Counted from the first letter of the whole stretch, positions 36,715 to 50,199 are shown. The stretch: DNA of 63,999 bases, filler included, from Circinaria calcarea (GCA_051942165.1; 6 parts of 6 records of this genome joined end to end with filler, not necessarily neighbours in it); one strand, 5' to 3'. The notes: a model not told the origin generated them from the letters alone. Numbers and translations are program-made.

Positions 36715-37417
36715 ATGGACAAAAATATCTCTGTGCACAGACTACGAAAGCCATGCCTAGCCTCATCTCCTTCACGCACACATCCAAATTCACATCTCCA
36801 ACATGCGGATCTCCGACCTCTTCCCCATCATCGCCCTAGCCCGGATGGGCGTGTTCAGTGCACCAACACCGGATGCACCGCCGTTTCTTCCCCTAGCTCC
36901 CCATTACTGTGCCAACGACCCTACAGTCAAAGTGGGAACGTAGGCGCCCACAACCCTGCCGTCTCTTTCCCTATCGCAACCTATCACGTGCTGGCCCCTT
37001 CGGCCATCCCCGACAAGACCGCTACCTTCGGTCATCCCTACACCTTCTGGTACGCCACCAAGTCCCCAGTCTGGATCTTCCTGAGCTTCGGTAAAGAAGT
37101 CGAGCCGGGCATTCACGTCGTGCTGACCGAAGCGTTCAACGAACTCAAAGACAGCTGGATCCGAGACGGAAAAAAGGCCCTCGGATATGATGTAAAGGGT
37201 TCAATTGTATATCAGATGCGTGGGCCCCATGAGGCGATAGCTTGCACGTCACGTCTGGGGATCAGTTATGCCAACTTTCGAACGCGGCGTTAGCGTTGGC
37301 GCGCTGACGGCGCTAGACGGAGCAATGCGTGGGAAGAACGGAGTTGGAAACGGGACCCCAGCGGTTTTTTAGATTTAGTTTGGAAAACATTGGTTGGGAA
37401 CCAGGAGTATCGCCTAG
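36715..37417 (+). pseudogene. Decayed paralog of the secreted domain family at 32826-34100
   Basis: VWIFLSFG...VLTEAFNELKDSWIRDG...GISYANF, then after a frameshift ALTALDGAM...PAVF*I*FGKHWLGTRSI* with TAG at 37370 and 37376. Compare ITWGMLNSALTAVDDYM...F.I....VG.G.I. Confidence 0.5.
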
Positions 37418-39712
37418 CTGAATTGAGAGACAAGGGGCATGGATTCATCCGGGAATTAATACTTGAGCTTGAGATATTGAGCAAGTGAGATGTGATGTTA
37501 GGGAAGGATCAAGGCGGGAAGTGTAAAGGTGGTGCACTTTGAACATTTATGTATATCTAGACTAAGGACATGTCAAGTTACCTCCAGCCGATATTGGTTT
37601 TCTTTTTTCCATCCGACCTTGAGTTTGAGAAGTCCCTTTAAGTGAAGCTAGTCATGATTGGAAGAGCAGATGTGCATCGGTTTGAAAGGGTGTTCTAGAT
37701 GCCATGGACTCTTCTCAAGCGCGACACTGCCCATGATCATTATCATCATGGCTGTGACAATTGCCGAGTAGATAGATTGAATCTCTTCGCGGACAGCGGA
37801 AAGGTGGGTGAGTATTGGATTGTCCTATCGGAGATACAATTTGAAGGGAAACAAACAACTTATACAAGGTACCAAGGAAGACTTCAAAGCTAGCGGCCAT
37901 GATAGATATAACAAAGATGGAATGCTGAATATGAGGAAATAGGCTAAATACCATACTATACGCTGCTAACTGCTCGAATCTGTCTGTACATGTTTCTTGA
38001 GGTGTATGTGTGTGGACGTGGAGCTGTATGAAGCAAGATATTACCCATATCATAATATTCTTGACCGAGTCAGAGAAGCATGCACAAAGATACAAAGGAT
38101 GTATCCAAACCTTTGGTCCTTTGCACTCTAGACGGCTTTTGTTTTAAAATCATCGGAAACGAGATTTAGATCATGTTGCTAAGATATTTTAGACGGAATA
38201 CAAGTTCCAAACGTCCCAATCTCTGCTTGAGATTGAGAATTCCCTGAGAGGGATGAGTCTACACAATTAGACCTTGGCCAATCCGCCATCAACCATGAAG
38301 CATTGCCATCCGCATTCGTTTGACGCTCACCCATTGAGGGTCTCCAGGGGTAAGCCACTCACCTAGGACTTTTCTGGGATCTTGCAATGCGCAACGAATC
38401 CAAACCCAGGAGGCAAGGCTGGTGTGCGAACAGTTGCCCATGATAGGCCATTGAGATCCCGGTATGGTCCTGCTGCCTCGTACTGGTTATCCCAGATTAA
38501 GCCTCCTGAACTGCATGTCGATAGCAGTAGGATTTCTCCATCGGATATACCCCTGCGGTCAAATTGTAACTTTCGGCGGTGATATTTGGTCATCTCCCTC
38601 GTGGCCAAACATTAGAGTAGGTAAGTAACGCAATAAGGATTGGAGTGAAGCCAACGAGTCTGTTCCCAACCGAAAAATACGTCAACGTTGGAATTGATTT
38701 TGGTGTGGTGGGATCTTTAGCTTCGAGGTGCGGCTCGACTTGGTGCCCGAGACACGTGTACCTTATCTGAAACTCGGTAACGGCTTAAGGTTCGACTCCG
38801 CCAAGTTTAATTATAATCTTACCACGGTCCGAACCGAGCCGAGATCCATTTTAGTCATCAAAGAACGGTCGGTCGGTCTTCTTGGCAGTCATGCGAAGCT
38901 ATCAGACCGAGCATGGCACTATTTGGTCCACAAGCTTTTTACTCAAGCCTAAAGTCTTTGCCGTGGACCTGGTTTGGCCTGGGTACTTGAATCGTGCTTC
39001 AATAGCAAATGGGGAAGACGAGCGTGGTCATGGATTATGTTCATTTCGGTGTCTTGCTTCAATCCTCTTCCCCTAGAAATAGTAATGCAAGCTATCGAAC
39101 TGACGCTTGAGCCCTCGTAGCTTTGCTAGTCGAAATCAACATCATTCGGATCCGAATGCATCTTGATTGGATATCCCCTTGATACTACCGTGGCTGCTCA
39201 AGCCGGGTATGCCTTTACGCCTCATGCCGGCTCGCATACAGTAGACAAGTGATCGGAAAGACTTCAACTAGCTGGTTCCAGACTCCTCTGACGGTTGACG
39301 ATTGACATCCGTGGAACTAGGCCATCATTGCTCACTTACCTGTATGGTAGCTTAATTCCTGCCCGCAGACAACTGGCTCTTCCCCAATCGATTCATTTCT
39401 CTCTTACCGCGGCAAAAATGACCGGAACCGTAGAGCCGTATCATCGGAAATGTTGGCGGTTCTTAAGCTACCGGTAATTTTAGGCGTAGGCTTTTTCGGA
39501 CAATACTTCCCATTGACTCATACTAGCCTGTTCGATTATATTCGGCGCAAATGTAATTTGCTACCGGGGGCGTACAGAGATCCTGCAGTAGATCTCAGTT
39601 TATACCATAGATCTCCTCAGTTGTGAGATGGGAATTTTACTGAATGTTAGGGCAGGGACAAAGTATAACCTCAGACTATGAAAGCTCGCACTCAGTGGGC
39701 AGTGTTCAAATC

Positions 39713-39713
<1 letters not shown>

Positions 39714-39743
<30 letters not shown>
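39714..39743 (+). repeat. (CAG)10 microsatellite, apparently non-coding
   Basis: Ten perfect CAG units, not inside a credible ORF. Confidence 0.95.
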
Positions 39744-39746
<3 letters not shown>

Positions 39747-41127
39747 CATACCTGCTTTCTCATTCAATGACTAGCCTCTTGGATGTAACGTTACGCATTG
39801 TTTCCCGGTCGATGGGATAGGGAATAGGGACCACGAGCTTGCAGTAGCGCCTAGATTAGATATCCCTGGTTTCCAACAAGGATGCCGTCCCGCCGTCCCG
39901 ACACTACCATACCGGCGCTTAATTGTCGATCCGACATGCGACCTCGGCGAACGGTCAATGCCTTGGGTCATCGTTTGTGCCCAGCTGGTGTGCTCTGTGC
40001 GATTGCATCTCCTTTCTGATGCCTAGGAGCGCTACCTGAGCTGTAGAGATTGAAAATTGTGTCATTGCCAGCATAGGTATCCCCAAAGTAACAAGGCAAG
40101 GGGCTTCTCGTCCTATGTTTCATCCAGCTGAGCGTGCCAAGGGTAGATGCAGTCTCCGAATAACTGTAGATACCATGGGATAGCAGGAGCAGCCGTGAAC
40201 AAGCAAGGGATGGGAGGGCAGCGTGATTGCATGGTAGCAACTGCTCAGATACGAGTTCTTAATCACGTCAACTCTGGAAGCATTTCTCCCCGGCTCGTCC
40301 AGAGTCAAGGCCAAGCTCGACTTGTAGCCGACACGGATGAACTAGTGTCTTAGCACTGCAACCTGGCAATCAAAGGCAAAGGGGCAGCGCGGGATGTTAT
40401 CACCTACCTACACAGTATTCTATCGGCCAGATGGAAGGCACCACGCTACTTCCACTGGGCGTACCCCAGAACGTGCTTAATGCACAAGACTCGACGCCAA
40501 ATCCACCCAGACCAAAAGGAAATAACCTTAGCGGCGCAGGCGCGAAATGGAACATCGCCAACACCAAGCCAGGGCCTTCTTGCCAGAGTTCGCCTGGTTC
40601 AACATGGACCGTCAACGCCAGAGTAGGTCTCTCGTCTCATCTGCACCTATCTTAGCCACACACCGATCTCAATTAGTCATGATTGAACATGGGCGGCCAC
40701 CAAGACGGTCTCAGTCTCGGTCTCAGGCACTAGGGATGCTCAAGAGGCCGGAATATGCTTACCGTGACAGGTATAGGCCATAGAAGCTCTTGGATGCATT
40801 GATTGGCTCATTTGGGAGCCCTTCGAGACCGTGATCGTGTTCGAGTATAAGGTCCTCAGGGTTCCCCATATCGCTTGATGCCTACCTCCTTCTCATATTG
40901 TGAACGTGCCAATGCTAAAGCACGTGACTTTCTTGCCGCCGCTGTCATTTGTCGTATCCAAGCCGCCACCCGGGGATGAATTGAATTATGCGGTTGAGGG
41001 TATTGGGATCAATGTCACTCATACACTCGGCGTCTGTCTCTTCCACGACATCAAAACGAAGGCGGGCCGATTACCACTTTAAAGACCATCGCCTTTGAGT
41101 TCCATAATCCTCTACGCATCAGCAACA

Positions 41128-42563
41128 ATGGACTTATTAACCGAGAGCCAAAAAGGGGCCATTGTCGTAACGGAACGGGTCGCCTCGGCTGTCTCCATCG
41201 TCGGCATTTTCTTCATCCTCGTCACCTATCTCTTCTCGTCCTCCTTCGACAAACCCATCAACCGCCTGATCTTCTTCGCAACGTGGGGGAATCTGGGTGC
41301 AACTGTGGCGGCTTTGATTTCCGAGAATGGCCCAAACGCCGGTCCAAATTCGTCGCTCTGCCAATTTCAAGCCTTTCTGGTACAAATGTGAGTATGGGGG
41401 GATGGTGGGAGTGACGCCGAACCTGACAACCCTTTGTAGTTTCCTAGGGGTGGATGCGCTCTGGTCCTGTTGTATGGCCGTCAACGTCTACCTCATCTTT
41501 TTCCGTGCCTACACGATAGAACAACTTCGAGCTCTGGACTATAAATACTTCGTGGGTTGCTATGGTACTTCCTTTATTCCGGCTTTGGTCTACCTCTTTG
41601 TGAAGCATAAGTCGAGAGGAAGAGTCTACGGGGAAGCAATTGTAGGTGGAATATAGGAGTGCTGTCACAAACACTAATCTTACTACAGATCTGGTGTTGG
41701 GTAAGAGCTGAGTGGGACTTTCTCCGTATTCTGACCCTGTATGGAATTGTCTGGTGTGTAAGTCCCAAAGCCATACGTTTTGCTGTACTAACGTCTAGCA
41801 GGATCGCAATCCTCTTGGCCGTTGTAATTTACTGTCTAGCTTGTAAGGTCATCTGGCAAAACCGAGCGAAGCTCCAGGGTTTCATGAATCCCTTCAACGA
41901 GAATCCATTTGCCAATACCGTCACAACCGAAGTTACCGTTACCCGAGAAGACCGATCAACATTTTCCTTGCCCACGGGTATTCCAAATGACACAAGTAAT
42001 GAAGGGAGGGATGGATTTAATCCATATTCAGTCGAAATCGCCGTGGGACGGCAAGACAAACCCAGCTATCCAAAGGCAACAATCCTCCATTTGCGCAGTC
42101 TTTCGAGGTCCGCTGCGCAAATGGATCCTAACCCCGATGCGTGCCTTTACGCCAGAGTAGCTTTTCTGTTCTTCCTTGCCTTGATAGTCACTTGGGTGGG
42201 TGCTCTCATGCGCGCTTGACTTCGATTCGTAAATACTGACGAATCGTTTTCCAGGTCCCGTCAAGCATCAACCGCGTATACGCGCTTGCCCACCCTATGC
42301 AAGTCAACTTCGGTCTCAATCTCTCTTCCTCCCTCGTGTTCCCACTCCAAGGCTTCTGGAATGCCGTCGTGTACATCATTACGTCACGGACGGCTTGCAA
42401 AAAACTCATATATCGCATAAGGCGTGGTCGGACGATACCGAGGCAACCCGCAGTCACGAATAGTGGAAAGGATGATATCGAATTTGCCAATCGGTTGGCG
42501 CGTCGGACAAGCCAGAGGCTGGACAGCGACATCACCAGCGTGACATCGCTAGCAGGCCATTGA
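41128..42563 (+). CDS. cAMP-receptor-like (fungal class V) G-protein-coupled receptor, multi-exon
   Basis: TERVASAVSIVG...FDKPINRLIFFATWGN, LCQFQAFLVQM|FLGVDALWSCCMAVNVYLIFF, YFVGCYGTSFIPA, YGEAI|IWCWV, YARVAFLFFLALIVTW|VPSSINRVY, PLQGFWNAVVYI. Confidence 0.9.
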
Positions 42564-43659
42564 GCTTGCTACCAGGTCCTTAGGTGGTACGTCGATGGCC
42601 ACGGACCTTCTACGGTCAAGCTAAGGCTTGCAGAAATCGAACATGATAGCCGATATACCAATGGTTTCTACGGTTCACGAAGGTTTTTACAGTTACAATG
42701 GGGTTTCGTACACCGTCAGTGTCGACTGGTGAAAAAGTGGAAGGGACACGCTCAGGCCTAGGTATAGACCGCTATGCCTCTCTGTACGTTGAATCTCTCT
42801 GTAATACCCGAACGTGACCACAATCTCCATAGGCTCAGATCCGATCGCGGGGGAAAGGAAAAAAGGGAGAATTGAAAGTTCGAGCTCTGGCCTTTACTTC
42901 TGTATCTATCCAGACTCGTCTACTAAGATAGAAAATGAAAAAAAATTACAATGCGTGAAAAGTGGCAAGGGCTGTTCATCCCCAATGACCGTGGCGAGAA
43001 GTAAACCTTTATATATCTGTAAAACATCCGTAGTCAAATACGGTTCGGAAATGGGGGAAGCAGAGAAAAGAGATATGGTAGCTGGTAAATATATGGATAG
43101 ATATACCGATAAGTAGATAGTACAGTATTCCCTAGAAACTTCCACCGCCCCATTCATGGCTTCAACGAATCGATTCGCTCTTTTTTTTTTTCTTTCTCTA
43201 TATATGTCTTCGGCCAGCAGTTCAATCGTACCCCAACTACCTAACTCCCCCTCCCCTCCACTCCAAACCGGTGGGATATCCCAAGTTTCTTCTCTCCGAA
43301 GCAGAAGAAGAAGAAGAAGAAACCGAAATGAACCTCGCCGGGGTGAAGGGGATGGTGATTTGAAAAATTCTGTCTTATAAACGGGTAAAGGGCGATGTAC
43401 AGTAGTTCCTGGGATCCCCCAACCTGGGTAGAGAATGAGATGAAGTATTTGGGTTCGGGAGGCATGTGAAAAGGGTAGAGGGATTCTTGTTGTGCTGTGT
43501 GGAATCTATGCTTTCCTGCTTTCACGGACGGTTGTTTTCTTTGGGGGGAGATCGGGGGACAAAGGGGGGACTATGTACTGCCCGGTCGCAAGCTTCTTCG
43601 CCGTGGATTGGGAAGGGTTTGATGGGGTTAGTGTTGTGTGCCTGGGAGGGAGTAGGGAG

Positions 43660-43759
43660 NNNNNNNNNNNNNNNNNNNNNNNNNNNNNNNNNNNNNNNNN
43701 NNNTTAATTAATTAANNNNNNNNNNNNNNNNNNNNNNNNNNNNNNNNNNNNNNNNNNNN
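43660..43759. other. Artificial contig linker
   Basis: 44 N + TTAATTAATTAA + 44 N. Confidence 0.99.
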
Positions 43760-44411
43760 GGCAGAGATGGTTCAATCTTTCGTTCTGGAGTTGCTGGAAA
43801 CCGGACGTGGGGGGGAGGGTGCAACAGGGTGGTTGGAGTAGTGGCGGCGAGGGGATAGAGGACCGAGACGCGGAGGCAGCGGAGATTCTGGAAGGAGAAT
43901 GGAAGATCTGAGAAGGGAACGAGGAGGTAGAGAAGGGTAATACGGATAAAAGCGGAGATGAGAGGAGGATTAGGGGATAGGGGATTAGGTGCTGAGGATG
44001 AGGAAGAAGAAGAAGAAGAAGTGGTGCAATATGACTCACATAGGCCCACGGTTGTTCTCATTCGAGTCAAATAAATAATCAAAGCTGCAGGAGGCCTTGC
44101 TTGATCAACTTTGGTTTTCTAATGATTTCCCGCTTCCTAACAATCGCGAGGTAATACGTTAACCGTGTCATCGCCGCTTAAAGGCATATACACCTTTCAT
44201 AGCCTGTGCCTATTTAGTCCAGGAGTCATGAGCAGTTTTTATGCCATAGCTTGAAGGATCTAATCTCCGGTATGTACAACGTTGTGTGGTAGTATCAATT
44301 TGACCATTCAGTTGTAGAGGTGCATATCTTCCCTGGCTACTTTCGATGATAGCATTATCAGCCCCTGCTCTTTGAGGAATAAGGCATCTTGTGCACAGGA
44401 CCAGTGTTAGG

Positions 44412-46020
44412 TTATGCATTCAAAAGATCTACCCCAACTCTATGCAAGGCATCCACTGCCCATTTCGGTATTCTGGTCGGATCACCCTTATAAAGACGAT
44501 CAAAGAACTCTTTCAGGAAACCTGGAAACTTGTCTTCGATAATTGCAGACCTTGCCGCCTTCATCAGGGTAAGAAGGTAATGGACATTGTGCATGGTTAA
44601 CCTGTGGAAGGTTAGATCCATAATCAGGGATCTTAAACTCATCCTACGTACAGATGAGCCCCTGCGGTCTCCTTGGATGCAACATGGTAGATGTATGCTT
44701 TTGTGATTCCAAGTCCACCAGCTCCTACTGATCTGCAACAAGTGCAGTTGCAATCCTTGTCGATTGGCGTAAAATCTTCGGCATACACCGAATTCCGTAG
44801 GTTGAGTGTTCCATCTGGCGTGACTGCATTTCCGAAACGCTGGGTGAGACGTGGTTAGCTACCTGTCCGCGAAAGTTCTACGAGGGCAGTGAGAGTCTCA
44901 CAGCCGTTCTTGTTGGCCAAACACAATCGAACATATCGGCCCCAAGGGCAACAGACACAACCAGATCTTCGGGGTAGCCAACTCCCATTACATATCGTGG
45001 CTTACCATCAGGAAGTAAGCTAGTACATGTTTTGACACTGGGAAGTAACTATTAATATATTCGGCAAGCGAAGGCAGGCAGATACTTACACTTCGCAGTA
45101 TTCCTCTTTCGCCTCTCCGCCAGATAATCCCCCAATAGCAATACCGGGTGTATCTCTTTCAATCATTTCCTTGGTACAGATTTCCCGTAATCTTATATCG
45201 AGACCACCTTGAATAATACAGAAAAGATTCTGCTTGTCCGGGTGTTTGTGCGCAGCGATGCATCGGTCCAGCCATCTTACGGACCGTTCCATGGCCTCTT
45301 CTATTCTTTTCATATCAGGGGAGGTGGCTGCAATAACATCATCTAACTGCATGATGATGTCGGATCCAATAGAGTTCTGAAGAGAGATGGAATGTTCGGG
45401 TGTAAGGAGCCTACGGAGCTGGTAGCAATGTCGATCGAATGAGGATGCTTGACAGGATCTCCTACATTGGAGCTCCATCGTGCGGACTCAAGAACCTGAC
45501 TCCCTCTTCGGTCACCCTGGCGAGCTTAAGTAGACTGACCATCTGAAAGCTGCATGGGTCCTAGCATTAGCCTTCTAGGTCTCCGAATCACTTCAAGCGT
45601 AGGCTTGGAGCTTCATAGAACATACCCACCACTGTCGGTCAAGATATTTCTGTCCCAGCCCTGTAAAGCATGCGCTCCGCCGATGCTATCTAATACTTCC
45701 TGTCCCGGCTTTAATCCCAAATGGTAGGTGTTGTTCAAACAGAGATTGCAACTTGTTGACGCTAATTGAGTAGAAGTGAGTCCCTTGAGGGAAGCTTGTG
45801 TCGCAACTGGCATGAATATAGGCAAGGGCACAGGACCATGGGGTAGAGTCAAAAGGCCAGCACGAGCTTTTGTTGTCTACAGCATGATCAGGCTTGCTTT
45901 TTAAATAGAATCATGTCATAAGATGTTGATAGGGAACAGAGATGCAATCAAGAGATAACCCACTGAGCATTTGGCAATGATCTCGAGTGTCAACGCAGCG
46001 CTGCTAGTCGTTGATGCCAT
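44412..46020 (-). CDS. QTRT1: Queuine tRNA-ribosyltransferase catalytic subunit (TGT), multi-exon
   Basis: [87 protein letters not shown]...[14 protein letters not shown], zinc ligands CNCTCC and LTMHNV. Confidence 0.96.
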
Positions 46021-46467
46021 GACTTTAACCAGGATAGCACACAGAATATTTTGGTTCGATGAACACACGGAAAGGTAAATGATATTGGCTATTAGACGGG
46101 CCAGCTTCGGATAGGTAGCTTTTCAGCATAGCAGATGAGAGCGAATGATAAACTTGTTATTCCAAATAAATAATGGAGGCCATCGCTCTCAACACTCTCT
46201 GCCTTCCTTAAGGTACTTCCTACCTTCCTCCGAGAAAAACGGGTTTATATACGGTCAAACACGTGAGGTCGTTCCAGCAGATCTCAGTCCTGTGCCTTAG
46301 AGATGGCGCTAAATATTCTAAGACGCGACCCAATCTTATCGTGAGATGAGATCTTATTTATGAATTTACTCTGCATCCGTACCAACGCTCCACCACGCGC
46401 ATGGTAGACACACGAATTCCCCTACTAGTAATCGTTGGGAGAAAGTGCTTTCTTGGGAAGTAAAGAA

Positions 46468-49400
46468 ATGGGAATAGACGCGATGCCAGAATGATCCACA
46501 AGGTCTGCGACTCCCTCTCCGCCTCTATTCAAGTCAACAAACAACAAAGACGCATCACTTTCTGCTACTCTGGAGCGGCTTTCACTTGTTACCGCATCTG
46601 GTACAGCAATACCAGAATCTTCCCCTGTTCCTGTACATCCCGTATCACCCTCAGGAGCCAACAAAAATGCCACACCAACCAGCGCGCGAAATCCTTCGCC
46701 TAGTCCATTAAGTAGGACTACCAGCTCAACTTCGATAGAGACACTACAGCGGCCTAGAGCACCTGTTCTGCACAGGAAAACTTCAGTGAATTCCCTGCAT
46801 GGGATTCCGCCACCGCGATCTCCTGCAATGCGTCGAACATCTTCAAGTCTACTTTCTTCGCCCCAATCCGCTATGCCGCCTAAGTCATCGCTACGAATTG
46901 CTACAGAAGAGATGCCCCAAGCGTCAAAGCTCACAGCTGCGTCTCATGCAAGAGAGTGTTTCAAAAGAGAACTTGAAATGCATAGAGAGGTATGCAAACA
47001 GGCCTATGACCATGCTGCTGTGGTAATCCTACATGACGCATGCTATGGCCATAGATATGCTAGACCGAAAACTTCAAAAGCCAACCTAAGCACGATTGTT
47101 GAGCGCCCGGAACGAATTCATGCTACCATCCTAGGTTTGGCTGCAGCTTATGTACGTCTAGGGGGTCGTCATGCGGAGGGCATGGGTCCTGTTCAGCCGC
47201 AAGATGATCTCTCCTATCTCAACTCAATACCATTCAGGATTCAAACGACGTCAAGGACTGTTTCCCTAACATCGCAAGCTGTAACGAATGTCCATGGAAC
47301 AAAATGGATGGAAGAGTTGAGCATCATGTGCAGACAAGCGGAAGCAAAACTAGCAATGAACGGGAAGGAACTTGTCAGACCAACTGGCCTCACGAAAGAC
47401 GGTGAAGGCGAGGATAAGCCAAAACTACACGATGGAGACTTGTATCTATGCTCGGAATCGCTAGATGCTCTCGAAGGCGCTCTAGGAGGGGTTTGTGAAG
47501 CAGTAGATACTGTCTTCCTCAACTCAGGCCCTAAGAAAGCATTCGTATGTGTCAGACCACCGGGCCACCACTGTTCCGCTGATTATCCTTCTGGATTCTG
47601 TTGGCTGAACAATGTTCATGTTGGAATCTCCCATGCTTCAATTGCCTACGGCCTTACCCATGCAGTTATTATCGATTTCGATCTACATCATGGAGATGGT
47701 TCACAAGCAATCACATGGGCGCATAATGTAAAAGTTGCTAGCTTACCAAAACACAGTGCTGCATCCAAAAAGACCTCTATTGCCTACTTCAGTTTACATG
47801 ACATAAATTCATATCCCTGCGAATGGGGAGACGAAGAAAAAGTCCGTAATGCAAGTCTGTGTCTCGAAAATTCCCACAATCAGACGATCTGGAACGTTCA
47901 CTTGCAGCCATGGAGGAATGATATAGAATTCTGGGAGCTTTACAAGGACAGGTATTCAATACTGATCACTAAAGCCAGATCTTATCTTCGCCTCCAGTCT
48001 GAAAAGCTGGGAGCTTCGTCTCAAAACCATCGACCCAAAGCAGCTATCTTTGTTTCTGCCGGATTTGATGCTAGTGAATGGGAGAGTTCAGGGATGCAGA
48101 GACACAAGGTGAATGTTCCAACGGACTTTTATGCTCGCTTCACTCGGGATATTGTGGCTTTAGCAAATGAAGAAGGCCTCGGGGTAGATGGTAGAGTTAT
48201 CAGCGTTCTGGAAGGAGGCTATAGCGACCGAGCCCTCACAAGCGGTGTGATGAGTCACATCTGCGGTCTCGTTGGCCTTAGATCGGCTGACTCCCTTTCC
48301 ACTGGTGATGCGCTAGGGCTTGAAATGAGCCAACGCCTGGGTGTACTAGAGCTTAATGGACCCGACGAGGAGGCAGGGAATACACCTAAAAGCAACCCCA
48401 TCGTGCCATTCGATCCTCAATGGTGGACGTTGTCGCGTCTGGAAGAGTTGGAGAATCTGGTAAATCCTCCTCCGCCTTCGGTCGCATCAAGAAAGCCCCG
48501 GAGCGCGATAGCTCCTACATACACTACTCCGACCCAATCGTTCACAGCAAAGATTGTCAGCCCTCCCCAAAGTAGACATTCATTCTCGTCGGGGCCATCA
48601 ATACTGCAGCGGTCATCTTCCAGTGCCAGCTCAAAGACACCTACGCCGCCGCCGCCAGATGTAGACTGGGCAACAGCTACTTACGAACTATGTAAGCTTC
48701 TTATACCTTCGAACCGTCAAACCAAAAGCTGTAGACCAGACGAACTTAATGCGGAGGCGAGCCGTGCTCGACGCGATCGCCAATCCACGATGGGAGTGCA
48801 AGTCAAGACAATGCCAGTTGACAATTTCAGTAAGCATATGCAGCTTCGTGGCCGGAAACCTAAGACTCCAAACAACCAGTCAGAGGAGGACGAAATCAAA
48901 CCACTGCCAAGAGCAAGTCGCCGGAAGACAATTGGCGAGGCTTCAATCCTAGGGCCGCAAGATCTGACACACCAAGAAGGGTTATATGTACAACCTGGAG
49001 GCAGTACAAGTAGAGTATCATCTAGAGGTCGTCTGAGTGTCGCTTCTAGCGTTATCGCTTCTACCGATGGGATAATAACCCCAGCCGGTACCAGTCTTAC
49101 TCACAGGTCCATTAGCAATGATGGCAACGACGATGTAGAGCGCCGGTCTTCAAGCTCTTCGGGCATTCAGCCTGGATCGCCAACGAGCAATCGACCTGAA
49201 CAGCTAGCTATTGAAAAGAAGGTTCGAGCACCCGGTGCGTCTCGATCTGGAGGGCCTGATTCAAAAACTCAAGCTAAGAGGAAGCTGCCTCCTGTCCCGC
49301 GCGTTCCATCGGCATACTCGAAATCTCCTGCGCCGAAAGATACCGATATGTCTTTACGAATAGAAAATGTCGGGCCCAAGGCGTCGAATCCTGTGGTAGA

Positions 49401-50199
49401 GGATACTGGCAATGAAAAGCTTGATCAACTAGCCTTGGGTATGAGGAAGATGAGTATCAAACTCAACCTTCCACCGAAAGACGACCGGAAGGCTGTGCAG
49501 GAAAAGAAGAAGCCTAGAGGACGGCCATCGCGAAAGTCAATGGCCGGAAAGCCTGTAAAGACAGTTGCCGCAAAAGCCTTAGTGATTGATTCTCCACCTG
49601 AGCTGACCCCGTACAATCTTGAAACCGCCTTAAATGAAACCGCTGACGCCGGCTCGGCTGAAACGGGACTCGAGGAAGTAGAAACCCATGATCTTATTCT
49701 ACCACGGTCAGCTTCATCAAGGGATCAAGTGATGAATCAGATTATCAAGCAACTTCCCTCCTCTTTTATGCCGCCAAATCCGGATGCAGTTGCAGCGGTC
49801 GTCTCCGAGCCTCACGTGCAGCTCGCAGAAAGCCCAACTTTCGATACCGAGACTAGCCTTCATGCGCCAATCATGTTTCCTCCCGCTGTTGATCCCACAT
49901 CGTTCAGTTCTTTACCTCCTTCAGTGAGCAATCAAATGACTCCTCAAAAAACGAAGCACAATCTGCCAATCTTTACGTCAAAATCGCCCATTCCATTTGG
50001 ACAATTCGCTACCAAAGAGATGAACATGAACCGTGTTGTTGATTCCGCATTACACAATGAGCATACAAACGGGCAACCTAACTTAGAGGAACAATAAGGA
50101 ATACCTACCTCTTCTGCTTCAGCTGCAGGCGGTGAAGCTAATAAGGAGATGGCGTCTCCTCCTGGAGATGTGTGGACTGTACCAGATACTCCTCAATAG
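46468..50199 (+). CDS. HOS3: Hos3/HosB-type histone deacetylase; main ORF 46495-50097, with in-frame stops at 46492 and 50095
   Basis: VILHDACYGHRYARP...IVERPERI, VTNVHG, LHDGDLYLC, VRPPGHHC...SGFCWLNNVHVG, DFDLHHGDG, SLHDINSYPCE, SAGFDASEWE, SVLEGGYSDRAL, then a long disordered tail with LPIFTSKSPIPF. Both termini are uncertain (see findings). Confidence 0.93.

Noticed and set aside
38740..38810. tRNA gene suggested by GGTTCGACTCC
   Set aside because: No full T-stem, acceptor stem or A-box could be folded around it.
43100..44080. ORFs and polypurine/GAA tracts flanking the fourth linker
   Set aside because: Low-complexity, homopolymer-rich contig-end sequence. The translations are compositionally biased and run into N.
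46425..46934. 169-aa minus-strand ORF
   Set aside because: Antisense shadow of the open HOS3 N-terminal frame.
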